From the human T2T-CHM13v2.0 reference genome, Homo sapiens, in assembly GCF_009914755.1 (NCBI RefSeq), contig NC_060928.1: DNA of 64,000 nt. One strand, written 5' to 3'. Within the stretch, counting starts at the first letter, position 1. Each line of letters begins with the position of its first letter. Shown piece after piece: positions 22,836 to 35,728 of the stretch. Below the pieces are notes generated by a model, which searched no databases, was not told the DNA's origin, and saw nothing but the letters and a program-made list of their open reading frames with translations. The translations under genes were made by a program, and so were the position numbers.

Positions 22836-24834
22836 TCAAAAGCTACCCTGTACCATACAAATAGCAATAGCCAGGGTATTCCCCAGTTAATTTAGGACAT
22901 TACTGTTATCATGGGCCTAAAGTGAAAGCTTTACTTATGAGTTTGTTATTGTGATGTTATAAATGGTACAAGAGAAAAGAAATAAGCAAAACACACCTCC
23001 CAATTTTAATTTTTTAAAAAATAATCCAGAGAGAAACAATAGTTTCAGAAATTGAAAGCAGTACCTTGATCATTCCAATGTTGGCATGCAGGATAAACCA
23101 ATGTTGAGCCATACCAAAGATAATTAAGGGGGTCCTTGATCCTGTAAAAGTCATTAAGTTTGAATATCAAAGCTGTTCTCAATTATAACTAAGACACTGT
23201 AAGTAACAGAACTGAGTGATTAGATGCCACATACAGAGAATTCTTTTTTAAACCATTTATGAAAGGTGCAGCTTAATTAGAAAAAGCAATCAAATTTCAA
23301 AATTTGGGAAAAATACACTTTCTGACAAAAATACTAGTCAGCAGTTTGAATTCAAAATATACATGAAATGGAAACTGCAAACTACTCTGAAACGGCATGC
23401 TATCTACACAGGTGTAACATGTGTGTTATAAGCCTCTAGCTCTACCTTGGTACACATATTTCTTTGAAGACTTGTTGTTTTATTGCAGGGATTGCTTCTC
23501 CCTGGAAGAGGTTGCAGGTGCCATCTTAGTTGAATAAAAAGACTTCAGACTGTTATTTCTGAAAAATAAATCTAAGGAAGTGTACTACAAAGAGTCCTCA
23601 CCCCCACCACCCAGTCTCTCCAGATTTTAAAAGAGAAAAATATATACATCATGAAGACTTTTTAAAATTAGTCTCTAAAGATGTTGAATCTATAGCATAA
23701 ATTTTATAAGATCTAACATATTGATTTATTTTCTGTTGACTGAGCAATATGAGGAACTGCTACTCATGTATCGATACTTGAAAATCAGGTTTATTTTGTA
23801 CCTCAGTACTCTCTAGACATCAAATAGTGTAGGACAACCTAACATTTTTGTATTCCCAAATATCTTAAACATTCGGAAAGTACCTCTTTTTGATTCACAT
23901 TTTGCCACTGTGTTCATGAACATTTGCAGTAATAGCAACATTTCAGCTTCTTAGTGTTGTCATTCTTAAAATAATATTCACCATAATATATTTATTCTGT
24001 TTTGACAAAACATAATAAAAATATTAATGCTACTACTAATAAACACACAAAACAAAGCAAACTTTAATTTTTTACTAAAGTTTTCAATCTCAGACATAAA
24101 ATAATGTGTGTATCATTGCCAATTTTGTTTAAATACTTTTAAAATTAAAAACTACAGGAATAGGATAAATATCACTTTGAGGTTAAACAACATTTGACAA
24201 CATCACCCCCATCATTTCTTGCCATTGTCTTCTATCAACTGGCATGTTCAATTTTATGTGTGCCTAAAACTCTTTGATACCTGCCTTCAGGTTTTCCTTA
24301 TAACCTCAATTCTTGCCATAATCCTAGACAACATTCAGGATTTTTTTGATTGTTATTTTCTTAATCTATATTTATCTATTTTACCACCAAAAGTGTAAAT
24401 TTAAGCATTGACATCAGTGATGGCAATCTTCCATTTTCTTCTTATGTGTTATTCCTATCATAGGTATCTTTGGCATCATGGGAATTTCTGTACCTTGACC
24501 TCTCTACTTAATTCTTTCTATCACTCCTTCCTGGCTTTGTTGTAGGTACTTTCAATCCTGAACACCCATGTTACCTTCTTGCTTACATGATCCACTTCCC
24601 AGTATCCTCTCCTGTATCAGGAACTTTGATATAGCCAGCACAAAACAATCACAGAACACTGGATGTTGGTGTCAGAAGAAATTCATTGTCTCCTATCTCA
24701 CCTGAGACCTAAAAGCATTTTAAGAATTATTTTATATCTTCCCACTTAACTGCCTCTCTTATTCACAAGGGCATTTAAAACTGTCTCCACTCTTCTCAAA
24801 TTCCTTATCCTTCTAAACTATCTCAATCCCAGTA

Positions 24835-25068
24835 ATAGAATAACTACAATTTACTGAGTATTTGATGTTTTGAACAATCTACTAAACCCACCACAAATAT
24901 TGCCTCATTTCATCCTCTCAATAACCCATGAAGTGGTTTTATTATTTTTATTTTACTGAGTGATAAACAGAAGAAGGTGAGAGTGATAAGGAGTATGTCA
25001 AGGTTCTGTAATGGATAATAGTTGGAGCTTGGATTTGAACTCCCAACCTCATAATCTGAAATGCCCCC
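24835..25068 (-). mobile_element. MIR element
   Basis: ATTTACTGAGTATTT..CTCATTTCATCCTCTCAATAACCCATGAAGTGG..ATTTTACTGAGTGATAAACAGA..GGATTTGAACTC. Confidence 0.8.
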
Positions 25069-25219
25069 TACAGCAGAAAAGAACTTGCTCCCTTCTTTAC
25101 TGAGAGTGGAGAATCTATTAGATGAGAAGTGTCTTCTTTTCTGTATTTCCATTATAAATGCATTTTCTTTCCTCTGTTTCTCATTTTCTCTTGATATTGT
25201 CAAAATTCTACATGAGCAC

Positions 25220-25559
25220 TGATATGGTTTGGCTGTGTCCGCACCCAAATATCATCTTGAATTCCCATGTGTTGTGGGAGGAACCCAGTGGGAGGTAGTT
25301 GAATCATGGGGTCAGTTCTTTCCTGTGCTTTTCTTGTGACAGTAAGTCTCATGAGATCTGATGGTTATTATAGGGAGGCATTTTCCTGCACAAGCTCTCT
25401 GTTTGCCTGCTGCCATCCATGTAAGACATGACTTGCTCCTCCTTGCCTTCTGCCATGTTGTGAAGCTTCCAGAGCCATGTAGAACTGTAAGTTCAATTAA
25501 AGCGCTTTCTTTTGTAAATTGCCCAGTCTTTATCAGAAGCATGAAAATGGACTACTACA
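25220..25559 (+). mobile_element. THE1 (THE1B-like) solo LTR with perfect 5-bp TSD
   Basis: TGATATGGTTTGGCTGTGTCC...GAAAATGGACTACTACA. TSD AGCAC at 25215-25219 and 25560-25564. Confidence 0.95.
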
Positions 25560-25799
25560 AGCACCTAATATTGTATTATCCCCTTATGACTACATAAATT
25601 CTTTTATTTTATATAACCCACTTTCTCTTTATAGCTTCAATTTTCCCTTCATTGGATCTTCTCCAATTATTGCTTTCAAATAACAATAATAATATTAATG
25701 ATAATAAACTCCCATCTTTACAAATAAAGGCAAAAATTATCACTCTCTACATATTACTCTAGGTTTCTGATCCTTACATTGTGAAGAATTTAAGGGGGG

Positions 25800-27680
25800 T
25801 TTATAATCAATATCCTCATTCTTTCTCTTCCTTTTTCTGTTTTATATAGTAAAATACGAGTTCTACCCACTTTTCCAATGAAACTGCTTCCACTGGCATC
25901 ACCTAAAAACTTGTTGGTCAATCCATTATAACCTTTTAGTTTCATGTTTTTTCAGTATTTGGAAATATCCCTGTGTTAATTTTATACTGCTGCATAACAC
26001 TCTACCAAACATTTAGTAACATACATTTATCATCTTTAAACAACATCCATTTATTATCTTACAGTTCTGTAGGTCATGGCAACTCAAGGTTATTTGCTGA
26101 GGGTTTCACGCAGCTGGAATCAAAGTGTTGGCTGAGCTGCATTCCCATCCAGAGATCAGGGTCCTTTTCCAAGATCATTCAGGTTGCTGGTTGAATTAAG
26201 CACATTATAGTTGGAGGAGAGAGGTCGCTGAGTTTTTTTTTTTTTTTTTTTTTTGCTTGCTATAAGCCAGAGATCTTTGTCTTCTTCTAGGAGATACGTT
26301 TTAGCCATAAGGGCTTATTCACAACATAGCAGTTTTCTTCTTCAAAGTCAATAAGACAATCGCCCTTCAATTTGTTATGGTAAAATTTTAAATAATAATA
26401 ATCGTAAAGAGAGTGACTATACCATTACCTTTGCCATATAAAGTAATCTAATCAAGGGAGACAACATTTATCATATTAACAGGTCCTGCCCACACTCAAG
26501 GGGAGGAGATCAAAGGACATTTCCACCACTGATTAGGAATCTTGGAGGCCATATTAGAATTCTTCCTACCACAGTTTCCTTCTTGGCATCTTCTATTTCT
26601 TTGGTTCCTCTGACACCATATTTTTATAGTTTTCCTCCTTCCCATTCAAATATGTCTTCAGACACTTCTTTTTATGACCTGCCCTTAAAATATTTAACAT
26701 CAATCATTCTTAAAGCCTACTGTCTCATCTACAATTTGATGCATCTAAAATCTATGTCTCTATTCCTATATGCTCTTGTGTTACAAATTTATGAATCTAA
26801 CTGCTTACTCTCCATTGCCATATCCATTTGAATGAGCAAAGGAATATCAACATATTAAATGAACTCATCATCACTTCTTTCTCATACCTAACACACACGC
26901 ACGTGTGCATGCGTGCACACACACACATAATCTCTTCTTCAGTGGTCAGTGTTTTCAGTGAATGAAATAAAAACACCATTCAAATACTAGCCAATGCCAG
27001 AGGTCTGTGTTGCTCCTTGATTGCTCTTCTGCCACTTACACAGCATGTCCAACCAATCATGAAACACTTTTACTTTCACCTCTTTAATAACCTCTGATTT
27101 ACCCAATCGGAATAACCAACGTACTTGAGTTAATTAGACAAAAATCTTCCAAACTAGTTTTGTCTCCGTAGATTGATTCTAGAAGCATATATTTAATTGC
27201 TATATTTTTTATCCTAAAACTCTTCCATACTCTGAACTCAGGGTAAAATTCAAACTCTTTGGAATGGGATTTAAACTCTCAACAATAGGGTCTTGATTAT
27301 ATCTCCAGTTTCGTCATTAGATGTTTCTCATCTGAACTCAGAAATTTTGCTACAAGTCTACTAAATTACTTGCAGATCCAGGAACATCTGTTTGTTTGTT
27401 TGTTGTTTGTTTTCTCTAGACTACAGACCATGCCTTTGAACATGCTATTCCTTGTGATTGACTGGAACATCCTTTTCTCCTTTTTATCTGACTGACTTCT
27501 ATTCATGCTTGTAGTCACAATTTCATGCTTAGTGAGGGCCTTTTCTTACCATTCTACACTAAACATGGTTTGAAGATTGTTTTATGTGCTCCTCCCTGAT
27601 AAAGCACTTAGATTATTATTTAAATTGCATTTTTTCTGTATTGTCTCTTAATAGAAATATGCAGCTTTCTGCAGTGTTAT
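25800..27680 (+). mobile_element. Fragmented L2 (3' region), interrupted by MLT1E
   Basis: AAACTGCTTCCACTGGCATCACC..; CTGCTTACTCTCCATTGCCATATCC; CAGGGTAAAATTCAAACTCTTTGG; GCCTTTGAACATGCTATTCC..CTGGAACATCC..CTGACTGACTTCTATTCAT. Confidence 0.6.
25972..26573 (-). mobile_element. MLT1E-type MaLR solo LTR
   Basis: TGTGTTAATTTT..GCTGCATAAC..ATTTATTATCTTACAGTTCTGTAGGTCA..CATTCAGGTTGCTGG..AGGTCCTGCCCACACTCAAGGGGAGG..TTAGAATTCTTCCTACCACA. Confidence 0.85.
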
Positions 27681-28777
27681 ACATTAAATGGATAAATCTT
27701 AAAGGATGTGTAAGTTATAATCAAGAGAAAGGAGGATAAAAGGAAGTATATATAGAGAAATGGAACAACATTATTAAAATCACAAATACAGTGTGCTTAG
27801 GATATATAAGTAGTTCAGTAATTTAAGAGTATAAGATATAAAGGTTAAGGAGTAATTTGGAATGCTGAACTGAATCCACAATGAGCAGGACCATTAATGC
27901 CTCAACTTAATCTGGTAGTCAGAGAGAAGCCACTAAAAATTCATAAACATTGACATGACGTAGCTCTCCTTTCCTTCTAAATCTATCACATAAATGACTA
28001 GGTAAAAGACAGATTAATGGTAGCAATCTTCTAAGAAGACAGATTAGAAGATTATCAGTGCAACTAAGGTGAGAAGTAATTAGGTCATGGAAAAATCAAG
28101 CTGGAGATACAAATACAGACTTGAAGAATAGAAGATTAAAGGTAAAATGTTAAAAGGCAGTTGTTTAACTTATCCTATGATTTAAACATGTATGTATATA
28201 TACACACATATATATCTATATATATTCAGATATCTCTATTTCTTGAATGTGTATCTTATTCGTTGAACAAATATCTATGTATTTCAAAGAACAATATATG
28301 TATTGTATATATTATAATATTGTATATATAATAAGTGCATTATATATACATATAGAGAGAGACATATACAAAGAATAGAATACACATACTCAAAAAATAG
28401 CCCAGTTATAGTCTGCGTATTTCCCCAATACTTCCCCAATAAGGTTGAAACCACTTGATGAAAAGAACCGTTATTTTTTAAAATTTTATAACATCTACTG
28501 TGAACCTTGAATTTTTCTAACACATATACACCCAAACACCCACAGACATAAAGGTCTCTGAGTAATTCTGCTTCAAAGAGTACAATAAATGTTTTTAATT
28601 AATTTGACTATTAAATGAATTCACACTCTTTTATGTGTTGTGCATATTACAAGTTCAGTTTTTGAAAATTATGCCCAGAGAATGCATTTGAGGTTCCTGA
28701 CATGAGCCATACTTTATGCACCATCAGAATTCCTCTTTGAGGCTATCTACTTGTCTTAGTGTTCCCATTGTCTAAGC

Positions 28778-28983
28778 CAGCACTACTTGATAGAACTTTC
28801 TGTAATGATGGATATGTTCTATATCTATGCTATTTAAATATAGTAACCATTAACTACGTGTAGCTATTGAGCCCTTAAAATTTGGTTAGTGTGACTGAAG
28901 AATTGAATTTTTAATTTTATTTGATTTTAATTAACAAGATTAAACAGCCACTCAACACTAGTGGCTATATAGTGGACAGCACG
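28778..28983 (+). mobile_element. MER3 (hAT-Charlie) DNA transposon
   Basis: ATAGAACTTTCTGTAATGATGGATATGTTCTATATCT..GCTATTGAGC..GTGTGACTGAAGAATTGAATTTTTAATTTTATT..CTAGTGGCTA..TGGACAGCAC. Confidence 0.88.
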
Positions 28984-29181
28984 CATCTTGATTTTTAAGC
29001 ACCGGACTTCTGGCAGTTGGAAATTACTGGAATTTGAGTTGCTGTGATTTGATTCAACTAAATTAAAATTAAAATACATTTCTCAAACCTCCTTTGCATG
29101 CTTAAACTTATGCTTACAGCTGTAGAACAAAGGTGCAAAGAATTGAAAACTTCAGATTCTACCTTTGAAGAACTCCATAGT

Positions 29182-29398
29182 CAGTCTTATGGACAAAAGC
29201 TTGTGGGCCAAATACAATCTGTCACCTGATTGTGGAAATACAGTCTTTTTGGAACATAGCCATGCCCTTCCTTATATATTGTCTCTGGCTACTTTTGTGC
29301 TACAGAACAGGTGTGAGTGTTACAACTCAGGGTACACAGTCCTCAAAGCCTAAAATATTTACTATCTGGCTCTATACAGAGAAAGTTTGCTAGCCCTG
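29182..29398 (-). mobile_element. MER58A (hAT-Charlie) DNA transposon
   Basis: TGTGGGCCAAAT..TTGGAACATAGCCATGCCC..TATTGTCTCTGGCTACTTT..AAAGCCTAAAATATTTACTATCTGGC..AAAGTTTGCTAGCCCTG. Confidence 0.88.
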
Positions 29399-30489
29399 GT
29401 GTAGTGGGTCAGAGCTGTGAAAACAAATAATTACAATGAAGTGCAATGAAGCTAACTATAGAAATGGGGATAAAGTACAGAGGCATTAGGGTAGGGCATG
29501 ACTGACTCTGGCTGAGTTGTTCGGGAAAGGAATCAAAGAGAAGTGATGTCTGAGTTAATTCTGATTGATGAATAAGAGTTTGCCAGAACAGAATTAAAGG
29601 GAGGGTTTGATGAGTCTCTCTGTATTTAGTGAATGGAAAATAAAATAATCTCATCATCTATAAATACACCCACAAATATATATATTTATGTGTGTTTGTT
29701 TATACATATACAATATATACATATATATGTGGAATATGCATATATTTTCTCACTACTGTTAATAATACTGTTAATAAATTTAACACTAAGGGGAGCTTAT
29801 TAGAAAGTCTATATTGAAAAGATCTTAAGTCTTTATGACTTATTTACCTATAGTTACTAATATTAAATGAAATAACATGTTTTATATTATTTATTTTATT
29901 TAATATAAATATATAAATAATATAAAAAATAAGATAAATAAAATAAATATATAAATTATTTATATTAATTTATATATTTTCTGGAGTTACAATTGAGTAT
30001 TATTTTTTTAAAGCCATTAACTCTCAAAAGGAAGACTTCCTAACAGTATGCTGTCATTGTTTTTTTTATGATGTGTGAAGGAATACAGGAATATCATGGG
30101 CACACATCTAAATATCATGGACACACATCATGGACAACATGTTTTTCATGTCATTGGCTAAAATGTGAAGATGACCTACAAGAAGATATTTATGACTGAA
30201 CAAGTAAAGGGTATTATAATATCTAGACCTCAGGCTACATAGAACTTAGTGGCTCAAAACAGACATACTGAGTTGAAGTTTGAAGCATGAGGAAATCTGT
30301 AGTCAATATTAGAATAGAGATTTTAATATCAACATGATTTACACTCCACGTAATTCATTTTTTAAAGAAAATAAAAATTCAACTAATCCGAACCATTAGT
30401 CTTTATTATTATTATTTTTTTTTATCTTTACTAGATATTTGCTTTGCTTTGCTGCAGTTATTTCACACTTCTACCTTTGGGCTAGTTCC

Positions 30490-30945
30490 CCTGTGGTTTG
30501 AGTGGAGTGAAGGTGACAAGTGCTTTCCTCTGGCTGCTGTTATTGGTTCAGGTAATTTAAATTTAAGCTTATTTGCATGTCACATTATCTAAAGGTAAGT
30601 ATTCCTGAAGGAAGTTTCAATCAATAGATATATCAGCACAATTAATGGTTGTGACAGGACAGGGACACCTTATCTTCTTATGGATATGAACGAAGTGTGA
30701 TATTCCCTTCATAGTGCTGCAGCCATTTGGTGACCCTGAGAAAAGACAGCCTAAGAATGAAGTCAACATATGGAAGAGGGCAGAGAAGAAAATACAGAAA
30801 GCTAAACCAGAACCCTACTGATCATTACCTCAAGCCCACTCTATGCCCAGATTTTAAAGTGAGCCCATCAATCCTGTATCGCTCTAGTCAATTTAGTTAT
30901 ATTTATATTACTTTTATATTACTTAAAGACATCTTGATGCAAAGA
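30490..30945 (+). mobile_element. Old MaLR LTR (MLT1K/L-like), diverged
   Basis: GCTGCAGCCATTTGGTGACC..AAGAATGAAGTCAACATATGGAAGAGGGCAGAG..AAAGACATCTTGA. Confidence 0.5.
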
Positions 30946-32259
30946 TGTACGATATATGAGTAGCTTTCAAATAGAGTTGCATATCAAACAAAACCCTATG
31001 TCTAATTTTGAAATTACAATCTAAATGACTATAGAATCTGTTTTAGTTTTATTTTTGGGAATAATAGCATTTGCTCATGTACAACCATTTTTATCCCCTT
31101 ACAGTCTCCTTGGAGATGCATAAACTGTCTTCTTTATAATTATGTTGGATTAAGATTTTGTATGCCTTACTAAAATGTAAATGCTACCTTCATTTTAAGG
31201 AAATTATTAAGGAAGGAAAAAAATTGCCAGTTGATTTTAATGAGAAAATAGAATTCAAAAATATTTGAAATAGTGTGTTTAAGAACAATGTGGGGTGGAG
31301 AAATGATGTTAAACTATAACTCTAAGTAGGTAAGAGGAAATATAAGGCCAGCTGGAGAATGTGCATGTGTGTGTATTCACATGTATGTGTGTTTCCTTGT
31401 GTTGATTGTTGTAGGGAAGGTAATGACAGAGAAGTGGGATACTAAAGTAAAAAAAAAGTCCTTAAATGACAAAAGTTGATTAATTCAATGTCTTATGTAG
31501 CAAAAGGTTAATGATTGCAGACAAAGGCTGTAATTCTAGGGGCAAATAAGCGATATTTAATAACTGCAATTGGGATTTCAAGAGTGCCATATTTTTAAGA
31601 GGAATTTAGAATTACAGAACTTACTGCGAAAGTCCAGTATGTTTTAAAACGACTTTTTTTCAAACCTACCAATATTTTTTTACATATATGCATCAAAATT
31701 TGCTTTTGTAATGTTATGCTTTTAAAACATATCATTATTAGTATCATCATCATCATTTATTTTACTTTGCAGAGCATTGTAACTGGATAAATTATGGAAT
31801 TGCATTCATAGGATAAAGTGAAAATGAAATACAAAGTTATCAAATAGCAGGTTATATAGCTAACGAATTGTAATACAACATTTATCTTTGAATTTTTCAA
31901 TCTAGTGTGTCATTAAAAAGGCCCCATATATTGACAACATTAACATCTTATTTTTTGAATAGTTAAATATAAAAACATTCAACATTCTTGAAAGTTATAA
32001 AAAGAAATACTGTATTAACAGCTACTAAGATAGAAATTGTGAGAGAAAGTGTACTTGTGCACTATGAAGAACTCTTATATGTACTGTTATTACATTTTGC
32101 ATTTTTTTACATAGTTTGATTTAGGCTAATTATATATATTTGCATATAATATTGGTGATAAACATATGTTTCAAAGTGACTTTTGTGGATTGCTGATCAG
32201 GCAAAACTCTCTGCACAGTGACTGGTGTTCTGAATTTTTTAAAAAAGACACATATGTTC

Positions 32260-32425
32260 TGTTCTTGGATTCTACAATACGCTTTGACATATTAAGGGTT
32301 CTGATAAGTTTAGCAGTAAAGAAACTAATTAAACATCATTTAATAAAACGTTGCTTAAACTTATTTGTCAATAAAATATTTTCCCCTAAATAACACTAAC
32401 ATCCCTATAATTTGGAATGCTCAGT
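32260..32425. mobile_element. Old hAT-Charlie fragment (MER112/113-like)
   Basis: GACATATTAAGGGTTCTGATAAGTTTAGCAGTAAAGAAAC..AAACTTATTTGTCAAT. Confidence 0.45.
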
Positions 32426-32810
32426 TCACCAAATAGACTATTAAATCTTTCATTTTGAATAAAAATGTTTTTAATTTCCTTGTTTGGCTTTGCTTCTGTG
32501 GTACATTGGCTCAGATAGTTTCACCATAAATAGTGATTTTTTTTCAACTTGTTTTAACCTCAATAGTAGATCTTACTCTTTTGGCTTAAGATAAGCACTA
32601 CTTCTGTATGTATCACATTATATTGCCTTCTTTTTGTTAAGGTAATAGCATGCTCTAAATTCCAAGATAGGTATTAAAAATGTATAATTTTAAAAGGTAC
32701 ATCAAGGACACTGGATGGATTCTTTTGATTTTTTTTTATATTTGTACATGAATATTTGCCTAAGAGTGTTTTCCTGTATAGTAAAGCTTGCCCTTTGATG
32801 TAAAAGAAAG

Positions 32811-32811
<1 letters not shown>

Positions 32812-32860
<49 letters not shown>
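32812..32860. repeat. (TG)24 microsatellite
   Basis: Directly visible and uninterrupted. Confidence 0.97.
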
Positions 32861-32861
<1 letters not shown>

Positions 32862-33684
32862 TGTATTAGTATTTCAGGGTTTCTCCAACCAATGTCATCA
32901 ATATAAATTTCTTACATGATGACATTATTTGTTTTTCTTAATTCAATCTCATTCAGACCAGTATAATACAAACGTTAGATAGGGAGGAGCAAATCTAAGT
33001 CACACTGAATAGATTTAAAGAATTTGAGGATTTAATGCTGAATGTCAGAGTCAGATTACACAAAAATCTTGAAATTCTAAAGCAAGATTTCTTCAGTAAG
33101 ATAGTGTCAATGTAATGAATATCATATTATGGTCTTCATTCCATAGCTACACATGACAAAACATTTTCACTCAGAAAATGTCATGCACATTTAGAAAGAA
33201 GATTGATAAAAGACATCATATGAAGTCTTTCTTGGAAAACAAGGCTGAGGAGCTGTCTGGATCCTCATTGCAAAGTGAAATGTCCTCTTTGCTGGGAAGA
33301 TAAACAAAACAATAATACACTATCATGCTCTAACTGAAAATACATATGGCTAAATAACTAATCATATAAATATTATAGTTCTCAATAATCACTAATAAAA
33401 ATAATACATATTTCTTTCTTCCACTCATATTTATTCATTGTTCATGTATTCTACTTCACAGAGTAAATGAATGTGTACAACGTTAAAAGCAGGGTGGAAG
33501 TAAACCGTCAAAGAAAGATTTTTTTGGAGAAAATTAGCAATGTCAGGCATATAATATGCTCAAGGGGTAATTCTTACTAGTTATTTTTAATTATGCTGAT
33601 TATTACATATAAAATGATCAATTAAATTATTCAATTTGAATGGTGCCTCAAAGGATCCATAATTGTACTTTTTTGCAGTACACT

Positions 33685-33860
33685 TGTAGTACAAAACATT
33701 GGTGTTTGGGAGTCAAAGATATCTGAGTTGGAGCTCTTGCTCTACCTCTTATTTAGAATTACTTAAGTGTTCTGTGCTTCAATATTTGAGTCAAAATAAA
33801 GGGAATAACTTCAGACCTTTTAGCTCTTGTGATAATTTTTTTAAAATGTTAGTACATTAA
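33685..33860 (+). mobile_element. MIR fragment
   Basis: TTTGGGAGTCAAAGATATCTGAGTTGGAGCTCTTGCTCTACCTCTTA..TTACTTAAGTGTTCTGTGCTTCA..AAAATAAAGGGAATAA. Confidence 0.6.
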
Positions 33861-33939
33861 GTTTGCTTCTAATGCTAGCTCATTTTCTCATTCTTCTTCC
33901 CTTTTTAGCTGTTGGTCCATCCAACTCATCCTGCAGTTT

Positions 33940-34158
33940 TTTGTTTTGTTTGTTTAATTTTCACATTGCTAACATAAGTTTATGGAGTATGAGTGTAGTT
34001 TTGTTACATGGATATATTGCTCAGTGGTGAAGTTGGAGCTTTTACTGTAACCATCACCCGATTAATATATGTTGTACTGATTAAGTAATTACTCATCCCT
34101 CATCCCCCTCTCAACCTTCCACCCTTCTGAGTCTCCAGTGAGTGTTATTCCACAATCT
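33940..34158 (-). mobile_element. L1MA (L1MA2/3-like) 3' end
   Basis: TTTTGTTACATGGATATATTG..AGTGGTGAAGT..CTTTTACTGTAACCATCACCCG..CTCATCCCTCATCCCCCTC..CCTTCTGAGTCTCCAGTG. Confidence 0.85.
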
Positions 34159-35432
34159 AACTTGCAATTTCATTTCCATTTCATTCCTCTCTTTTTCTTT
34201 CCTTAATTACTTTGCTGCAGAGTAAAACACACTGCTTGGTCTAATAATTTTTTATAATAAAAGTATAAATTAAGTTTGGGATTTTTCTTGGCTTTGTGTC
34301 AAATGTTGCTAAATATTTAATGAGGCTATATGAAATTCATTTTTGTCCAGACTGAAGTTCCAAGGACTGCAGATTTTAAATATATATATCACATGACTTA
34401 CATCTTTAATGTATTCTCAATATGTTCTTTTTTTAAATCCCATTATCTTCACCTAGAGTCTGAGCTGATATTTTCTCTTAACCAGGTGGTCTTTTTCACG
34501 TTTGAGTTGATTTTTTATTTTTAACATTTATAACTATGAAATGTTAGGTTTTATAAAATGTACCTGTGGATGCCAGTTACCACCCTAACAGACCATAATT
34601 GTTTTTATTACCATGTTTCTGGAATAATTTATCTATATAGAGTTTGATGTGTGATTTTTGAAATTCCACAATATATTATTTTCAAAATCACTTTTACTTG
34701 AGCTTAAGGGAAAATATACAAAGCTTCAATTAAGAGACATAATTTATTATATCATACATGTGCTATTAGTTACTATTGCAATAGTAGCTATGAATTTATA
34801 TGAATACTATTATAGAATATTAGCAGCAAGTAGGTATCATTTAATTTTTTTAGCTTTTAGTTTGGGGCTATTTGGAAAGAGGGTCTAAATAACTTGTCTG
34901 CCCAATATTTTTTGATCTTTCTTAATTTCAAGTCTTTTAATGAACAAATAAAAATTTACACAATTGTATCCTATAATGTATAGTGATTTTATTCATTCTC
35001 TTTCCAGAGTGGCACCCCTTCACCTGATAAATATTTTAGTCTTAATTTGACATCTACTAAATTACTGAAATGCATTGAGCTGATTCTTTTGAAGTATTAA
35101 TTGATATTTGAAATGTGATTCATTATCTAAAGGAAATTTGACTCAGTCCAGTAAAACATTAGAAATAAAATGCGCTTCAATATATCTAACAAACTCCTTG
35201 TTTTACTAACTAAGCAACAGAGAGATTAAGGGGTTATCTCCTCTTTTTTTTTCTCTAATTGCAATTTAATATGTCTTTCCTGTATAATTATTTAATACTA
35301 ATAGTTTATAGTTTTGAAGGTTTCAAATTTATAGTCAGTACCTTTGTCATGATGAATGAATGCTCTAAGAAGACAAAGTTCTTTAAACCTGTATGGCCAC
35401 GCAGCAATATTGCAAAAATCTCTGAATTGCCT

Positions 35433-35728
35433 GGCAGGGCGCAGTGGCTCACGCCTGTAATCCCAGCACTTTGGGAGGCCGAGGCGGGCAGATCACGAGG
35501 TCAGGAGATGGAGACCATCCTGGCTAACACGGTGAAACCCCCTCTCTACTAAAAATACAAAAAATTAGCCGGGCGTGGTGGCGGGCGCCTGTAGTCCCAG
35601 CTACTCCCGAGCCTGAGGCAGGAGAATGGCGTGAACCTGGGAGGCGGAGCTTGCAGTGATCCAGATCCAATATGGCGCCACTGAACTATAGCCTGGGCGA
35701 CGGAGCCAGACTCCGCCTCAAAAAAAAA
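35433..35728 (+). mobile_element. AluY with 19-bp TSD
   Basis: AluY diagnostics (ACCATCCTGGCTAACACGG, GAATGGCGTGAACC, GGAGCTTGCAG). TSD AAAAATCTCTGAATTGCCT at 35414-35432 and 35729-35747. Confidence 0.97.

Noticed and set aside
23470-23545. Acceptor-like TTTATTGCAG followed by AATAAA (possible terminal exon); similar isolated splice-like motifs near 31770, 44728, 46374 and 51432
   Set aside because: Such motifs are frequent in AT-rich DNA, and I could not build a consistent exon chain or reading frame.
29870-29985. Nearly pure A/T stretch with many short palindromes
   Set aside because: Low-complexity AT DNA where self-complementarity is expected by chance.
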